Part shown: piece by piece, positions 12,480 to 25,885 of the stretch | How the letters are laid out: each line of letters begins with the position of its first letter | Position numbering within the stretch: the stretch's first letter is position 1 | DNA from: Eledone cirrhosa | Lineage: Eukaryota | Length of the DNA: 64,000 nucleotides | Assembly (NCBI GenBank): GCA_964016885.1 | Contig: OZ024740.1 | Coordinates: 436,480,001 to 436,544,000, forward strand | Reading direction: 5' to 3' | Program-made: the position numbers and the translations under genes | The notes under the pieces: generated by a model | What the model saw: the letters and a program-made list of their open reading frames with translations, nothing else | Told to the model about the DNA's origin: nothing | The model's database searches: none

Positions 12480-12754
12480 ATGTATATATATATGTGTCTG
12501 TGTGTATGTATGTACACATATTTGTATGTATGTGTATGTATATATATATGTGTATATATTTGTATATGTGTATGTGTGTATGTACCATTATGTATGTTTG
12601 TTGTGTGTGTGCCTGCGTGTGTGTGCGTGCGTGTATGTGTGTGTACGTGTGTAAGTGGGCGAGTGTGTGAATGTGCTTGTCGACACCTGGAATATATATT
12701 AAGAGAAACTTCACAATAAGGGGTCTCATCCCAACACTTGTATCTGTTGATCGA

Positions 12755-13148
12755 ACCCTCTCTGCCTTTGTCACCCTTATTCCAGCCTTAAAGAATTAGT
12801 TTCTAAAGAATTCCCCTTTTCTTTAAACCATTGAACCTCACCCATCTTGTAGACACCTGTCTTACACCCATTGTTAGTCTAAGTGATAAACTAGGTATTC
12901 CAAATATGATTTTGTTTACAGTATTCTCTTTGCCTTTGTTAATACTATAGCTTTAAAGATTTAGCTTTTAATGACCTCCCTTTTCTTTAAATCCTAAAAC
13001 CAATGCCCTCCACCCATCCCAATCCCCACCCTCTCCTACCACCAGAAAAGAAAAGATATAAATACCACTATTTACTTGTACAGCCAGCTCCCTCATGATT
13101 TCTCACAAATGAAACAGTTCTAGTCCTGTAGAAGCTCTTCTATATTAA

Positions 13149-13152
<4 letters not shown>
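12755..13152 (+). repeat. Diverged copy of the element at ~9835-10040 / ~10518-10700, with a degenerate hammerhead (13086-13136)
   Basis: Shared blocks gcctttgtcac, ccccaccctctcctaccacc, gaaacagttctagtcctgtagaa and tatattaaaactata. Core is mutated to CTCATGA. Confidence 0.7.
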
Positions 13153-13207
<55 letters not shown>

Positions 13208-13308
13208 TAAAGTTAATATATCTGAAGGTATAAGGTACCCCCAGAAATACATAGGTTGTCTATGATTCAAGGTGGTTCTATGGTAATAATTTGATATACC
13301 AGAACTTA

Positions 13309-13694
13309 ATATCAAGATAAGCAGAACAAGCAAATTTTAACCAATTTTTCAAAATAAATCAAAATTAATTTACAATTAAAATTAATCAAAATTAAAAAAT
13401 ATAATATAAATATTTACCTATTCAGATAGCCCTTACTGTACAGTTTCACTTTGCAAAACATTAGATATCACATGGATATTAATGGAAAAACAAAGATCAT
13501 CAGAGAAGCATTTTCCTTTCCTAGGGTTAAAAACCTCAGGAACGATAAAAAAACAAATTGAAACTGTACAGTAAGGGCTATCTGAATAGGTAAATATTTA
13601 TATTATATTTTTTAATTTTGATTAATTTTAATTGTAAATTAATTTTGATTTATTTTGAAAAATTGGTTAAATTTTGCTTGTTCTGCTTATCTTG

Positions 13695-13698
<4 letters not shown>
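13309..13698. repeat. 140-bp inverted repeat (13309-13448 / 13559-13698), 110-bp spacer
   Basis: atatcaagataagcagaac...actgtacagtttca is mirrored by tgaaactgtacagt...cttgatat; the right end abuts (TA)n. Confidence 0.9.
13429..13509 (-). ncRNA. Type I hammerhead ribozyme with extended stem II
   Basis: Minus strand: ttct-CTGATGA-tctttg...caaagt-GAAA-ctgtacag-TA-aggg. Palindromic stem III ACTGTACAGT; stem I is weak (two G-U pairs). Confidence 0.65.
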
Positions 13699-13756
<58 letters not shown>

Positions 13757-13801
13757 GTGTATATATATATATATGTGTGTGTGTATGTAGATGTACATAT
13801 G

Positions 13802-13835
<34 letters not shown>

Positions 13836-13844
13836 TATATATAT

Positions 13845-13875
<31 letters not shown>

Positions 13876-13941
13876 CACACATGTGTATATATGTGTATGT
13901 GTATGTGTGTGTGTGTATGTATGTGTGTGTATATATATATA

Positions 13942-13982
<41 letters not shown>

Positions 13983-14340
13983 GTACATCTACCGTCTGTG
14001 CCTAAATCTTCCCTCTCTTTTTTCTCTTTTCCTCCTTTCAGCTGCATAGTTTTATAGGCAGGTGTGTACACGTGTTTGTTCTGCCACAGTATTTCTCTGT
14101 ATCCCTGTATCTGTGTGTCTGTGTGTCTGTGGCTGTGTGTCTGTGTGTCTGTATCTGTGTGTCTGTATATGTGTGTCTATATCTGTGTGTCTGTATCTGT
14201 GTGTCTGTATCTGTGTATCTGTGTGTCTGTGTGTCTGTGTCTCTGTGTCTGTGGCTGTGTCTGTGTGTCTGTATCTGTGTATATGTGTGTCTGTGTGTCT
14301 GTGCGTCTGTGTGACTGTGTCTGTGTGTCTGTATATATAT
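13699..14340. repeat. Mixed (TA)/(TG)/(CA) microsatellite and (TGTGTC)n-type simple repeat
   Basis: Direct inspection; source of many spurious low-complexity ORFs. Confidence 0.9.
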
Positions 14341-15035
14341 CTATAGGCAATCAGTCGGAACAATGCTTTCTACTCCCTATGATCTACTATCTAAACGGAT
14401 GCAGTCTAAATTATTTCTAATAACGTACAAATTATGATATATATATTAATAGATAAAATTATAATGTGCACTCCAGCAAAATTTTATTTTAGTGTCTTTG
14501 GAAAAGATACCAGCTTTTACATAATTTCAACCATAATTTACAGTTGATTCAGATAATTGTTGGTGTTATATACACCAACACATGCTTCACATAAAGCACC
14601 AAACTGTAACTACCGAGCAAACCCACTGTAACAGAGGTCTATAGAGTAGCTTCACTCCTGTCGTTTGTATATCAGAGATACAACGGACTTACAGCCAATA
14701 ACCTCAAAAGAGATGTTGGTCAGTACATGGACACCTTCAGCTCGGAGACAACCCCACCCTCTCTTCGGTTTTATCTAAAGACTTCTACAAAGTATAACCT
14801 GGTGCATTCCCAATAAGTCCCACCCCATACACCCGGAGTGTTCAACTGTAGTCTTTGTTTCTGTGTATAATTACAACAGTCTTTTATCAACAAAATTCAA
14901 ATGTTATTTTGCTGTATTAACGGGTCCCAGCATTCAATAATTTTATGTCATTTTAGTGTTAATGATATTCCATAAACTTTACAGAAGTTATTTCACTTGA
15001 CTTTTATTACAATTGTAATTTCAGAGCTTCAATAC

Positions 15036-15124
<89 letters not shown>

Positions 15125-15135
15125 TGTGCGTATAC

Positions 15136-15170
<35 letters not shown>

Positions 15171-15219
15171 TACTCCAGATAAATTACTGTCGAGTGCTTT
15201 ATATCTATTGTAAAATTGG

Positions 15220-15260
<41 letters not shown>

Positions 15261-15310
15261 AAGAGTGAAGAATATATATATAAATATATATAAATATAAA
15301 TATATATATA

Positions 15311-15408
<98 letters not shown>

Positions 15409-15427
15409 GAGATAGAGAGAGAGAGAA

Positions 15428-15458
<31 letters not shown>
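15036..15458. repeat. (TG)n, (TA)n and (GA)n microsatellites
   Basis: (TG)n ~15049-15122, (TA)n ~15220-15367, (GA)n ~15368-15458. Confidence 0.95.
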
Positions 15459-15462
<4 letters not shown>

Positions 15463-15548
15463 TTGAAGTTGGAAATAGCACGGAAAATATATTTAAGGCT
15501 CTGTTTTTCTATTTTTACCCTTTCTTTGATTCGTCAAAGTGACATTAT

Positions 15549-15770
15549 ATGGTTATTAGTGTTACTGCTGAGGAACCTTTAGGTGACTCTAATCATGCTA
15601 TGATCATTGCCAATCTATCCCTCATGGGCAGTAACAAAAACCAGAACCATCTCCAAACTGCTCACTTTGACTGGAATAAAGCAGACTGGAACTGTTACTG
15701 CACCGAGTTGCAACGTCCAAAGTGGCTTGAGTTCTACGACTCTGGAGATGTCAACAGTGTATTCCAGAAC
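15549..15770 (+). pseudogene. Fragment of a LINE APE endonuclease C-terminus (CR1/L2/Jockey-like)
   Basis: EEPLGDSNHAMI...FDWNKADW...L...W...DVN resembles the PLG.SDH...F.KADW signature. Confidence 0.5.
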
Positions 15771-15885
15771 ACACACACATATATATATATATATATATTG
15801 GAAAATGTGTGATATCCTTGGTATAGTTAGGTATATTAGGTATATATTAACTAGATCTACCAACTTATAATATTATAAAATTAAA

Positions 15886-16003
15886 TCTGAGTTCAAATCC
15901 CGCCGAGGTTTACTTTGCCTTTCATCCTTACGAGGTCGATAAAATAAAGTACCAGTAATACACTGGAATAATTGCTGGCCTTGTGCCAAAAGTAGAAACA
16001 ATT
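15886..16003 (+). mobile_element. 5'-truncated tRNA-derived SINE
   Basis: B-box GAGTTCAAATCC and body gcctttcatccttacg.ggtcgataaaataaagtaccagtaata, shared with 18195-18348. Confidence 0.75.
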
Positions 16004-16086
16004 ATAAAACTAAATCAAATTATTTAGAACTACAAGTGAAGTCATTCTTTTCCTTTTTTTTTTCAAATATATATATATATATAACA

Positions 16087-18140
16087 AGAGGAGGTGATTG
16101 ATGGTAAGCTCTCCCTTTCCCAACTTGTATCCTGCTCTCACTTTTCGCAATATAATGGTCAGGGGCATCAGGGCAAGGACAAACAACAGAGGCGACAGAC
16201 TATCTCCCTGAAAGATACGTCTCTTGATCTTTATGCCTCCCAAGGATTCTCCAGCTGATGTTAACTCTGTTTTCCAGGACTTCATACTTTTGAAGATCTC
16301 TAGGCTTTTGGTGATACAAGAATGAGGCACCATGTCAAATGCCTTTTTGTAGTCTATCCATCCCATAGCAAGACCAGTGTGTCTCCTCTTGCAATTCCTC
16401 ATTACCATATTATCAATAAGTAACTGGTCCTTTGTAACACGGGACTTCTTTCGGCATCCTTTCTGTTCGTCCGGTAACAAGTTGTTTGTGTGCAGGTGAT
16501 GGTAGATTTCCTCAGACGCAATGCTTGTCAACAGTTTACACATTACGGACTGGCATGTGATAGGTCTATAGTTGGTAACATCATTACCCTTCATTCGGTC
16601 TTTCATTACCAGAACTGTGGTACCTTTTGTCAACCACTCTGGTACCTCACCTGACATCAAGCAGTCATTGAACATGGTTGTCAGTTTCAGGTGGAGGGAT
16701 GTTATATTTTTAATCCAATACCCCTGCACATCATCTGGGCCTGGTGATTTCCAGTTGGTTAGTTTTTTGGCCTGCCCCTTAAGAGTTTCAACTGTGATAC
16801 TCAAATCAGTTTGTTGGTGTGTCTGTTCACTAATCTCTTTTTGTACTGTCTCAATCCACACTGCCTGGTCATTATGTTTAACATCCTGCTCCCATATTCC
16901 TCTCCAGAATGTCTTAGTTTGTTCCGCCTCAGGGATCAACTCGTTGCCTCTTTCTTTCCCTTCAAGCTGTCCAAACAACATCTTCTGGTTGTTGTCAAAC
17001 ATGCGGTTCTGTCTATACTGACTGACTCTGCTCTCGTATCGCCTAATTTTTGCACTCTTTGCTACAATGCATTGCTTCAGTTCCTCTATGATAATATTTA
17101 GCTTTTTCCTCCTAGTTTTGTACTTTATTTCCAGTCTATTTTTAGTGTCTATGTTTTTTAGTGTCCCATTCAGTAGGGACTCAAGCTTTCCAATGTCATT
17201 TCTCATTTCCCTGATTTGACCATTCAGTCGTTTCTTCCACCAAGGTTCTGATCTTTCTTGTTTGTTGATTCCTCTCGCTTTTATGCCAAGTAATTTCCTC
17301 GCCGCATTTGCTGTTGCTTTGAGGATATTGTTGCACTGGTGAAGGCTCCTCGCCTCAAGGTATGGGATGACTTTGTTTACCTTAGCTGTTGTTTCTTTTA
17401 ACATTTTCCTCTCTACAAATCCTAGGTTCATAGGTTTCCCACTATCATTGTTCATTTCATCTACCTAGGATATCAACCAACTCTTGTCCTAGCCCATCAG
17501 CATTCATCTCCTCAATGGCCGTATCGCTGTTCCAGGTATTATTTATTTCAGCATTCAGATCATTGTCTGCTTCGGATGGTTCCTCCGTTCCCTCAACCTC
17601 TTCACCTTCATTTCCCACTGGTTCGTTTGCCTGGCATACTCCACTCTCCATTTCCAACCTAATCTCTCTGCTCAGTTCCTCCAGTTCCAACTCGCTTATC
17701 CACCCATTAGTTCTTATTACCCGAGCCTGCCGGGCCAATTTTTGTTCATCTAATTTAAATAGACCAATCTCGTTCCAGATGTTATGCATCCGTTTCCTAT
17801 AGCCTTTCTCCTTGGGGTTACTCTTCAGGTAACATTGCATAACAGTTCTATTCAATTCTTTCGTCCAGTTGGTTCTGGTCCGTTTCCTTCTTCTTCTTCC
17901 TCCGACACCAGCAGTATTTGGTTGACAGCCAGGTCCTTGCTGCTGAGCCAGGGAGCACCTGGTGGGTGAGAGTCTGTCACATGACATTCCAGTCTCCACT
18001 TCACCGTTATTCGAACTGTTTAGGTTCGATATTTAAACGCTCTTATCGAGGATTGGTGAATGCATGGTTACATAACCACCGGTGATTTTAGTGTGGCACT
18101 ATCACGTTGTAGACGAACATAAATAAACAAACAAAAAAAA
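16087..18140 (-). mobile_element. R4/Dong-clade LINE family A, degraded 5' half (copy A1)
   Basis: ORFs 17457-17999 and 16010-17455 match the N-terminus and RT of the 47671-51063 protein. Frameshifted; breaks off after INHLL. Confidence 0.9.
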
Positions 18141-18146
18141 TAGGTA

Positions 18147-18194
<48 letters not shown>

Positions 18195-18348
18195 GGCGGT
18201 GGATTGGCAGTATCGGTAGAGGGTCGGACGCCATGCTTTCCAGCATAGTTACGTCCCTTGGCGGTCTGAGTTCAAATCCCGCCGAGGTTAACTTTGCCTT
18301 TCATCCTTACGGGGTCGATAAAATAAAGTACCAGTAATAAAGTACAAC
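18195..18348 (+). mobile_element. tRNA-derived SINE inserted in (ATT)n
   Basis: A-box-like TGGCAGTATCGG, B-box GAGTTCAAATCC, and (ATT)n on both sides. Confidence 0.8.
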
Positions 18349-18361
18349 TATTATTATTATT

Positions 18362-19692
18362 GTTCTTTGAGTCTCAGTCATTGATGTTAGTTAACTGGAA
18401 AGTTTGTTGAAATGAATATCAAGCCACTACCTGCAGCCTCAGATATTCAGGACGTATCGGAGGGTTCTTGCTGTTCCCAGCAAGCATGCCTTTTGAAGCG
18501 TTCCAAAAAGCGTGGCGGGGCCAATTTTCTTTAACCATCCCTGGAAACCTTTTGAGATAGTACCTAGTGCGCCTATGACAATCGGGACCACTTTGACTTC
18601 ATGGCAGTTCCAAATCCTTTGTACCTCCCACTTTAAGTCCTGGTATCGGTTAATTTTCTCCCTCTCCTTCTCTTGCACTCTCGTGTCGAATGGACAGGCC
18701 ACATCCACAATCAGGCACGATCTTTTTTCCTTGTCCAAAACCACCAGGTCAGGTCTATTGTGTTCCAGTTTCTTGTCCGTCTGTATCCTAAAATCCCACA
18801 GCACCTTCACCTGATCGTTTTCTATCACCGATTCTGGCTTATGCTCACACCACTTCTCAGAATGTGGTAAATTGTTTACTTTGCATAGGTGCCAGTGGAT
18901 CACCCTGCCCATCACATCATGTCTCCAGGCCTTATAGTGAGTCTGGGCTAGGTGTTTACACTCGTATACAATGTGAGACACAGTCTCCTCTCTCTCTCCA
19001 CAGATCCTGCACAGTGGGCTAGCCTCCTCCTTGTAAATATAGTGTTTCAACCACTTCGCTTTGAGGGCCTGCTCTTGCGCAGCCATTAACATTCCTTCTG
19101 TAGCCTTTTTAAGGTCCTCTCTTTTCAACCAGTTCCATGTCTGTGGATCTCTGAATTCAGTTTTCTCAAAGAAGGTACTATGAAGGGATTTTTCCTGAAG
19201 GCTGCTCTTTCTCCTTGTTGTTATTTCCTCCTTGGACACCCCCTGGTCTATTGTCCTCTCCTTCAGTACATTTCTGAGCATTGGCTCCCTACTATCAGTC
19301 ACGTATTTGTGTAGGTTGTTTTTCTCCATCTGAACACAGTCCTCTATGCTGATAAGACCTCTTCCACCTTCAGATCTCCTTAAGTAGAGTCTATCGACAT
19401 CACTCCTCTTGTGGAACATGTTGTAGATAGTCAATAGCTTCCTAGTCTTCCTATCCATTTCTTTTTGTTCAGCAACATTACATCTCAGAATTCCCGCACT
19501 GTACCTAATAATAGACACAGCTCGGGAATTTACTGCACTTATGGCATTCCTACTGTTCAGATGTGACTTTAATAGGCTCCTTACTCTCCGAATGTACTCA
19601 GATCTTATCAATTCCTTCATTTTTTTGTTCTTGATGTCATCTGCCTCCAGAACACCCAAATACTTGTATCCTTCTTCAGTGTCAATTTCCTT
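18362..19692 (-). mobile_element. R4/Dong family A, 5'-truncated (copy A2)
   Basis: YKYLGV...CRICGEREETVSHIVYEC, RHD, RPDLVV..IVDVACP. (ATT)n at both junctions. Confidence 0.93.
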
Positions 19693-19705
19693 ATTATTAT
19701 TATTA

Positions 19706-19773
<68 letters not shown>

Positions 19774-20363
19774 GAATGCCATGGTTGACGGAGGCTCGGC
19801 TCTGTAAGGTATTGTAAATTTTGACCGCTATAACAATTGTAAATTGTTTAAAACTTTAACCAAATTGTAGATAAAAACACCCTCCTCCTCGTGAGAGGGG
19901 TCTTTCTGCCCGTTATTTGGCCCTTCGGGGTCAAATAACCGCTTATTGGGGTTTTGTGCCCAATATTTATTTTAAACAAAAAAAAAACCATGTCCACGAA
20001 AAAGAATTTTCATAGGTCACTCCCACTCATTCCGTCTTATTCTTCCTCAATCGTCACTACAGCAGAGAGAAGATTGTCTCTCTCCCCCCCTTCTCTAAAT
20101 GTGTCTATCTCCCTCCCTTCTCTTTCGCAAGCGACGCCAGTCAAGAAAAATCACGTGAAAATCATGGAACATTTCTCCACGACGACGACAACGACGAAAA
20201 AGGTGTGCGGTAAATACGAAAACCCATTTCATTCGTCTGACGTCATGAATAATAGCAGTAACAGCCGTAATAACAGCAGCAGCAGCAACAGTGACAAGGA
20301 AAACAACAGTAGCAGCCGAAACAGCATCAGCAGGAGCATAAACAACAACAGCATTAGCAGCAA

Positions 20364-20395
<32 letters not shown>

Positions 20396-23300
20396 ACAAC
20401 CACAGCAACAGCGGCGGCGGCAGTAGTCGTAGTACCTGCAGCAACAACAAAAGTAACAGCAGCTCTGACGACAACAACAACAACAACAACAACAGCAGCA
20501 AAGAAAAACCAATCTCGTTTGCAGGTATCGCAAAGAACCTGGAAACCATCCTCATAACAAATGAGGAATTACAGGAAGCGAAGAAGATGGTGACGAAAAC
20601 CGGACACCGAGCAATCTGCAAGGCAGCCGAAAAAATTTTTTTTAGAAACCCAACAGCACTGTACGGTCACGTACCGTACAGTAAGCACAAAATCCCGTAG
20701 GGTTGAAAGAGCCACAGAGGCTCAAATACAAAGAGCCTTAGGGTCTGTGTGGCAGCGGATAACGCATATCACCCGAGGCAAGAAATATGCCACCGTAGAC
20801 GTGCTTTTTGCCACATCCCAGGAGGCAAAGGTTCAATCCTTAGTGACCCTAAGGAGCGAGGAAATGGTGTTCGTGCCCTCCTACTGCGGGCAAAAAATTG
20901 TGAGGGTCAAACTGACCCACGTCCCTCCCGGGATGGCCCCTTCTTGGCTAGCCGCGTCTGTCCTCGTCGGAATCGAGGACAAAACAACTGTACTGCAAGT
21001 ACAGAAAAAAGTAAGAGAAGATTGGGTCGGCACCTCCATTGAGATGTTAATCCAAACCAACCATGAGTGCATCGAAGCTATCCCGGATGTGATAGACTTC
21101 GATAACGGCACTCAACTGCTCATAAGTGTTGAGGGCAAACGCCCGAAATGCTTTCATTGTGGATCGAAGACTCACCTCAGGGCCTTCTGCAACGAGAAGA
21201 CCCTGAGAAAGGAGAAAACCCCCCTCCTTCCGAAACCGGCTCCACGGCTACCAGCAACAGGACGAGCGGCAACCAGGAACGATAGGTCCGTGGCACCCAT
21301 ACCCACGCCACGGAAATCAAGAACAGCAGCAGCAGTGGAAGTATTAACAACAACAACAACAGTAATACCAAATGCAGCTGCAACAGAGACTCCACTGCAA
21401 ACATCACCAACAACAACAAGTGAAAGAGTGGAGCTGGTACCCCTCCCCGACCTCACAGAATCAGACATGGAGTGTGAGGTGGGAGAGGGATGGCAAAAGG
21501 TCGTAAGAAGGCACAAACGCAGAAGCAACGCATCGTCGCCTTCGAAAAGGGAGGAAAGAAATGAAAAAAGTGTAAAGGCTACTGGAAAGAGACTCACAGC
21601 AGCAACACCACCAACACCATCACCACCCACACTAGCACCACCATCACCACCGGCGACAACCCCACCGCCAACAACAACAACACCTTCAACACCACCACCA
21701 CAAGCACCAACATCGCAAACACAACAACAAAACACACACACCCAGCAACAACGACAAGAAAATAGCAGAACCACACCCACCCCAGAAAAACAAATGCACG
21801 GCAATAAATACACACAACAAGAAACTAATGACTTACATAATTGAACACAGACATTTCACAGCACGACTACATAATACCAGCACCAATCAAAACGCCAAAG
21901 AACATAAGACTGTTAAAAATAGCACAGAAACAATACACAAACATTAAAACGAAATTCCCCAACGCAGTTGGTGATTTCAGAGACCTAGGAGGGACTCTCA
22001 ACCGGAGAGTATATTCGGACATACTCATAGAAGAGCCGACGACCAGCCGAAGGGACGATTCAACGGTCCTTTCACCAGACGATCAAGTGAAAAGGGATGG
22101 AGAAACCATCCTTCCTCTACGAAAAGTACGGTAAGTTGTCTTTCCCATCTTTTCCACTCCATTTTAAACATGACCTCACTCAGAATAGGCAGCATAAATG
22201 CGCGTGGCTTGGGGTGGTCATTGAAGCAGGGTCACCTGCTCAACGACCTCAGGTTACTAAACATAGATGTAGTGGCCATCAGCGAGACCAGAATCTCCGA
22301 AGCACGGGCCTTCGCACCGATCTTCGGCGGCTACGATGTGTACGCATCTCCCAGCCGTCCTGGATCGGGGGAGGAGTTGCTGTGCTTTTTCTGAGAGGTT
22401 TGGATCTCGCCATACCGGCCATCTTCCTGGACCCAGAGGGTAAGTTGGTGGTGCTGGGCGTGACCAGCGGAGACGGGCAAGCTTTCAGGCTAGTGGCCGT
22501 CTATGCCCCGACAGGAGCAGGGCGGCCTGATTTCTTCCAGCGTCTGGAGACCTTTCTTGGAACGTCCCGCTCTTTAGTGTTAGTGGGCGACTGGAACGGG
22601 ATCTTAGATGCACGCTGGGACTGTGTGGGATTAGCGGATAGGGGTGGAGGGTGCAAGAGCCTCACCAACCTGCTCAGGCGTTTTGAACTGTCTGACAGGT
22701 ACCGATTGGATTTCCCGAATGTGCCAATGTGGACTTGGACAAATCGTATAGAGTCATCCAGATCATATCTAGATAGAGTATTTTGTAGGGAAATAGATAG
22801 GTCTAGCATAGGCTGACCACAATTCAAGATAGTCAGCTACATGGACCACAAATTCGTGATCTGTGTGCTTGACTTAGATAGGCTTCATAGACGAGGAGCC
22901 GGCTATTGGAAGCTAAACGCGTCCTTACCAGCGCGCAAGGCCTACAGAGACCAGATTAGCGAACTAGTTAAGCGGGCGTTGACGGGGGCCCTCGTCAACA
23001 ACAAGTGGTGGTTTGCTCTGAAAAGAGCGATTAGAATAGAATCCATTAGGTTTAGTAAGGCTTTAGCAATAGAGAAAAATAGAGCAGAGGGAGAACTAGC
23101 TAGAAAATTAGACGCGGCGCTTAGCAAAGGCATTGCGACCGACGTGCTTGCGGCGAAATTAGCCCTTGACCAATTCTTCAATGCGAAGCACGAAGGCTGC
23201 GTTGTCAGAGCTAGGGTGCGTGCTCTCAGACACGAGAGGACGAAAGCCGTTCAATGGGCCCGAGTGGCGGAGGCGCGTCGTGGCAACAATGCCACGATCC

Positions 23301-25832
23301 GGTCTTTGGTGGACGACGACGGGCGCATGGTACTCGATCCCGGGCAAATGTGTGAAGCTTTTCAGCGACACTTCGCTCAGCTGTTCGGGGGCAGCGGTGG
23401 GCCGGGTCGAGGGATGGACTTTAGTGTCTACCTCAACGGACTGCCGCGGCTCTCGGCCACTGAGGCGGAGTGTTGCGAAAAGCCGATAACAGCCGCTGAA
23501 GTACGGGAGGCAATGACTGGCTGCACAAGGGTTAAATCGCCTGGTTTGGATGGTCTGCCCTATGAACTTTACGTTCAGATGCCAGACTTGTTCGGAGGCC
23601 TCTTTGCGGACGTCTACTGCAACTGGCAATAGAACGGGAGAATTCCCAGCTCTGTGAGCCGAGTAGCGGTGGCACTGCTGAGAAAGGATCCGAACAAGGG
23701 GGATAACATAGATAATTTCAGGCCCATAACTCTGATAAACACAGAGTTCAAGATTTTGGCCAAGATGCTAGCAAAGAGGTTGGCGCTTGTCGTTGGTGGT
23801 CTGGTGGGAGAGGCGCAGACATGCGCCATTCCCGACAGATCCATCCACGACAACCTCCACCTCATGCGATACATCGTAGAGAGGGTAGCTAGGGAACCTG
23901 GCACGGGTGGGTCCTTCATCAATTTAGATCAGTCGAAAGCTTTCGATAGGGTCGACCATCGTTACCTAGCGGCAGTCCTGAGGGCGGCTGGCTTTGGGCC
24001 CGTCTTCAGAGGCTGGATCGCTGCCATGCACAGCGACATCTGCTCTGTGGTGAGAGTGAACAGTCACCTTTCGGAACCGTTCAACATCATGCGCTCGGTC
24101 CGCCAAGGATGCCCCCTCTCGTCCCTCTTGTACGTATTGACTCTCGAGCCATTACTGCACAAACGAGACGTTGAGGGGGGTCCCGCGCGAACTAGGATGC
24201 GGAAGACCCGTGTCAGCATATGCGGACGAAGTCACCGTAGTGGTCTCGAACGCCAAACACATCGAGGCGATCGGCACTACACTAAGAGAATACGAAGCGG
24301 TGACAGGAGCAATGATCAACCAGGAAAAGTCAGTAGGCCTGCAGCTCGGCACCTGGAGAGGCAGGTCCATGCCGTCCAACAGCGTCGTCGGGCGCTGGAT
24401 TGACGGACCGGTTAAATTGCTAGGAGTCTGGTTCGGTCCGGACCTCCAGACGGACAAAAACTGGGATCAGGTGACTAGCAGGGTGGCTTCTCTCACTCAG
24501 AAATGGGCCGAGAGGAAGCTATCCCTGAAAGGTCGAGCGGAGGTGGCTAACGCGTACATCGCGTCCGTCATCTACTACCGCCTGACCGTCGTACCTTGTC
24601 CTAAGCCCCGCCTGACTGCGCTGGAGCGTTTGCTCATTCGCTTTTTGTAGAAGGGACGCGCTCCGATGGTCAGGCGGTCCATCTGCTGTCAACACCCGCT
24701 ACGTGGAGGGATGGGCATGCCGTGGCTGATGATGCGCAGACACGCGCTCAGGCTACGACATCTCCACCTCTTCCTCGACGGTGATCAGGTGTGGTCGCCG
24801 TTTGCTAGACACGTCTTTCCCCAGCTCATCTCGCTTGACGGAACTGCAGTCCCGGGTCAAGCGAAGACCGAGAGGGAGCGCTTGGAGACTGGAATGTTTT
24901 TAGGCGCTTACAGCCCTCGACCAATCGGGCAATGTGATCGGTGGATACTCCACCTTGGCGTTCTATAGAGGATTAGTGGAGGGGAAGAGCGACGACGTAC
25001 TTGGAGAAACTCTAGGCGTCGACGAAAATCAACTAGCCAATCTCTTCGGAAGGACTTTCGGACCGGGGCCTATGGACAACTTCCAGAAATCCCTGGCCTG
25101 GCAGTGCTACCGGGGAGCTTTGCCAGTTCGGGATAAACTCTACAGGCATGGAGGTGCCGTCAGCCGGGTATGTACGAGATGCGCAGAGGGTGACGAAACC
25201 GTCCTGCACGCACTCGTCCAGTGTCCGAGCATTGCTGACTTGTGGGTTTATGTCGAACACCTGCTGTCACGTGTAGGACGGATCCAGCTATCAGCTGAGT
25301 CCATCGTGAGGATTGCCCCGCCCTCTTCCTTTAGCTGGGAAGGGCAGGCAGTTTTTATCTGTCTGGTGGCCATGGCGAAAGAGATAGTATGGTGGACACG
25401 TTTGAAAGGGCTGAAGACGAGCACTTACCTCTTCAGTGATGCCCCGATTAACTTTTTCAAATTTCATTTGAAAAGGAAAATCAGGGTAGAGAGGGAAGTG
25501 CTCTCTTCCCAGCATTTTGTTGAAAGATGGGCGAGAGAAGCAAGTATGGCCCGAGTGAATGAGCCTACTCTGAGTATGTGTCTGTAAATTAAAAGTGGAA
25601 AACTGGTAGAGGGCGCTTGTCCTGGTGGACAGGGTCACTGTGGTCTTTTAATGGGCATTCTCCACAAATGTCCCTCGGAAGTCTCCCCCCCTATTGGGGA
25701 ATCTTTCTTTGTTATTTTATTACATCCTCTGTTTTTTTTTACACGCAGAAATGCCCATTTGTACCGTCCTGTATTGTCCTGTACTGTCCTTAATGTCTAC
25801 TTCATATAAACCCTTGTGGTCAATAAAGAAAA

Positions 25833-25833
<1 letters not shown>
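19774..25833 (+). mobile_element. Tx1/L1-clade LINE, full length but degraded (copy T1)
   Basis: Same 5' end (gaatgccatggttgacggaggc) and 3' end (aataaagaaa.c+(ATT)n) as T2-T4. Multiple frameshifts and stops; RT motif reads YADE. Confidence 0.93.
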
Positions 25834-25878
<45 letters not shown>

Positions 25879-25885
25879 GTTATTA

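Noticed and set aside
12316-14420. Many ORFs rich in Y/I/C/V/H/T
   Set aside because: Translations of dinucleotide and hexanucleotide simple repeats; the same applies at 8350-8760, 57021-57275 and 61078-62179.
18195-18285. tRNA gene
   Set aside because: A and B boxes are present, but there is no cloverleaf and it continues into a repeated SINE body.
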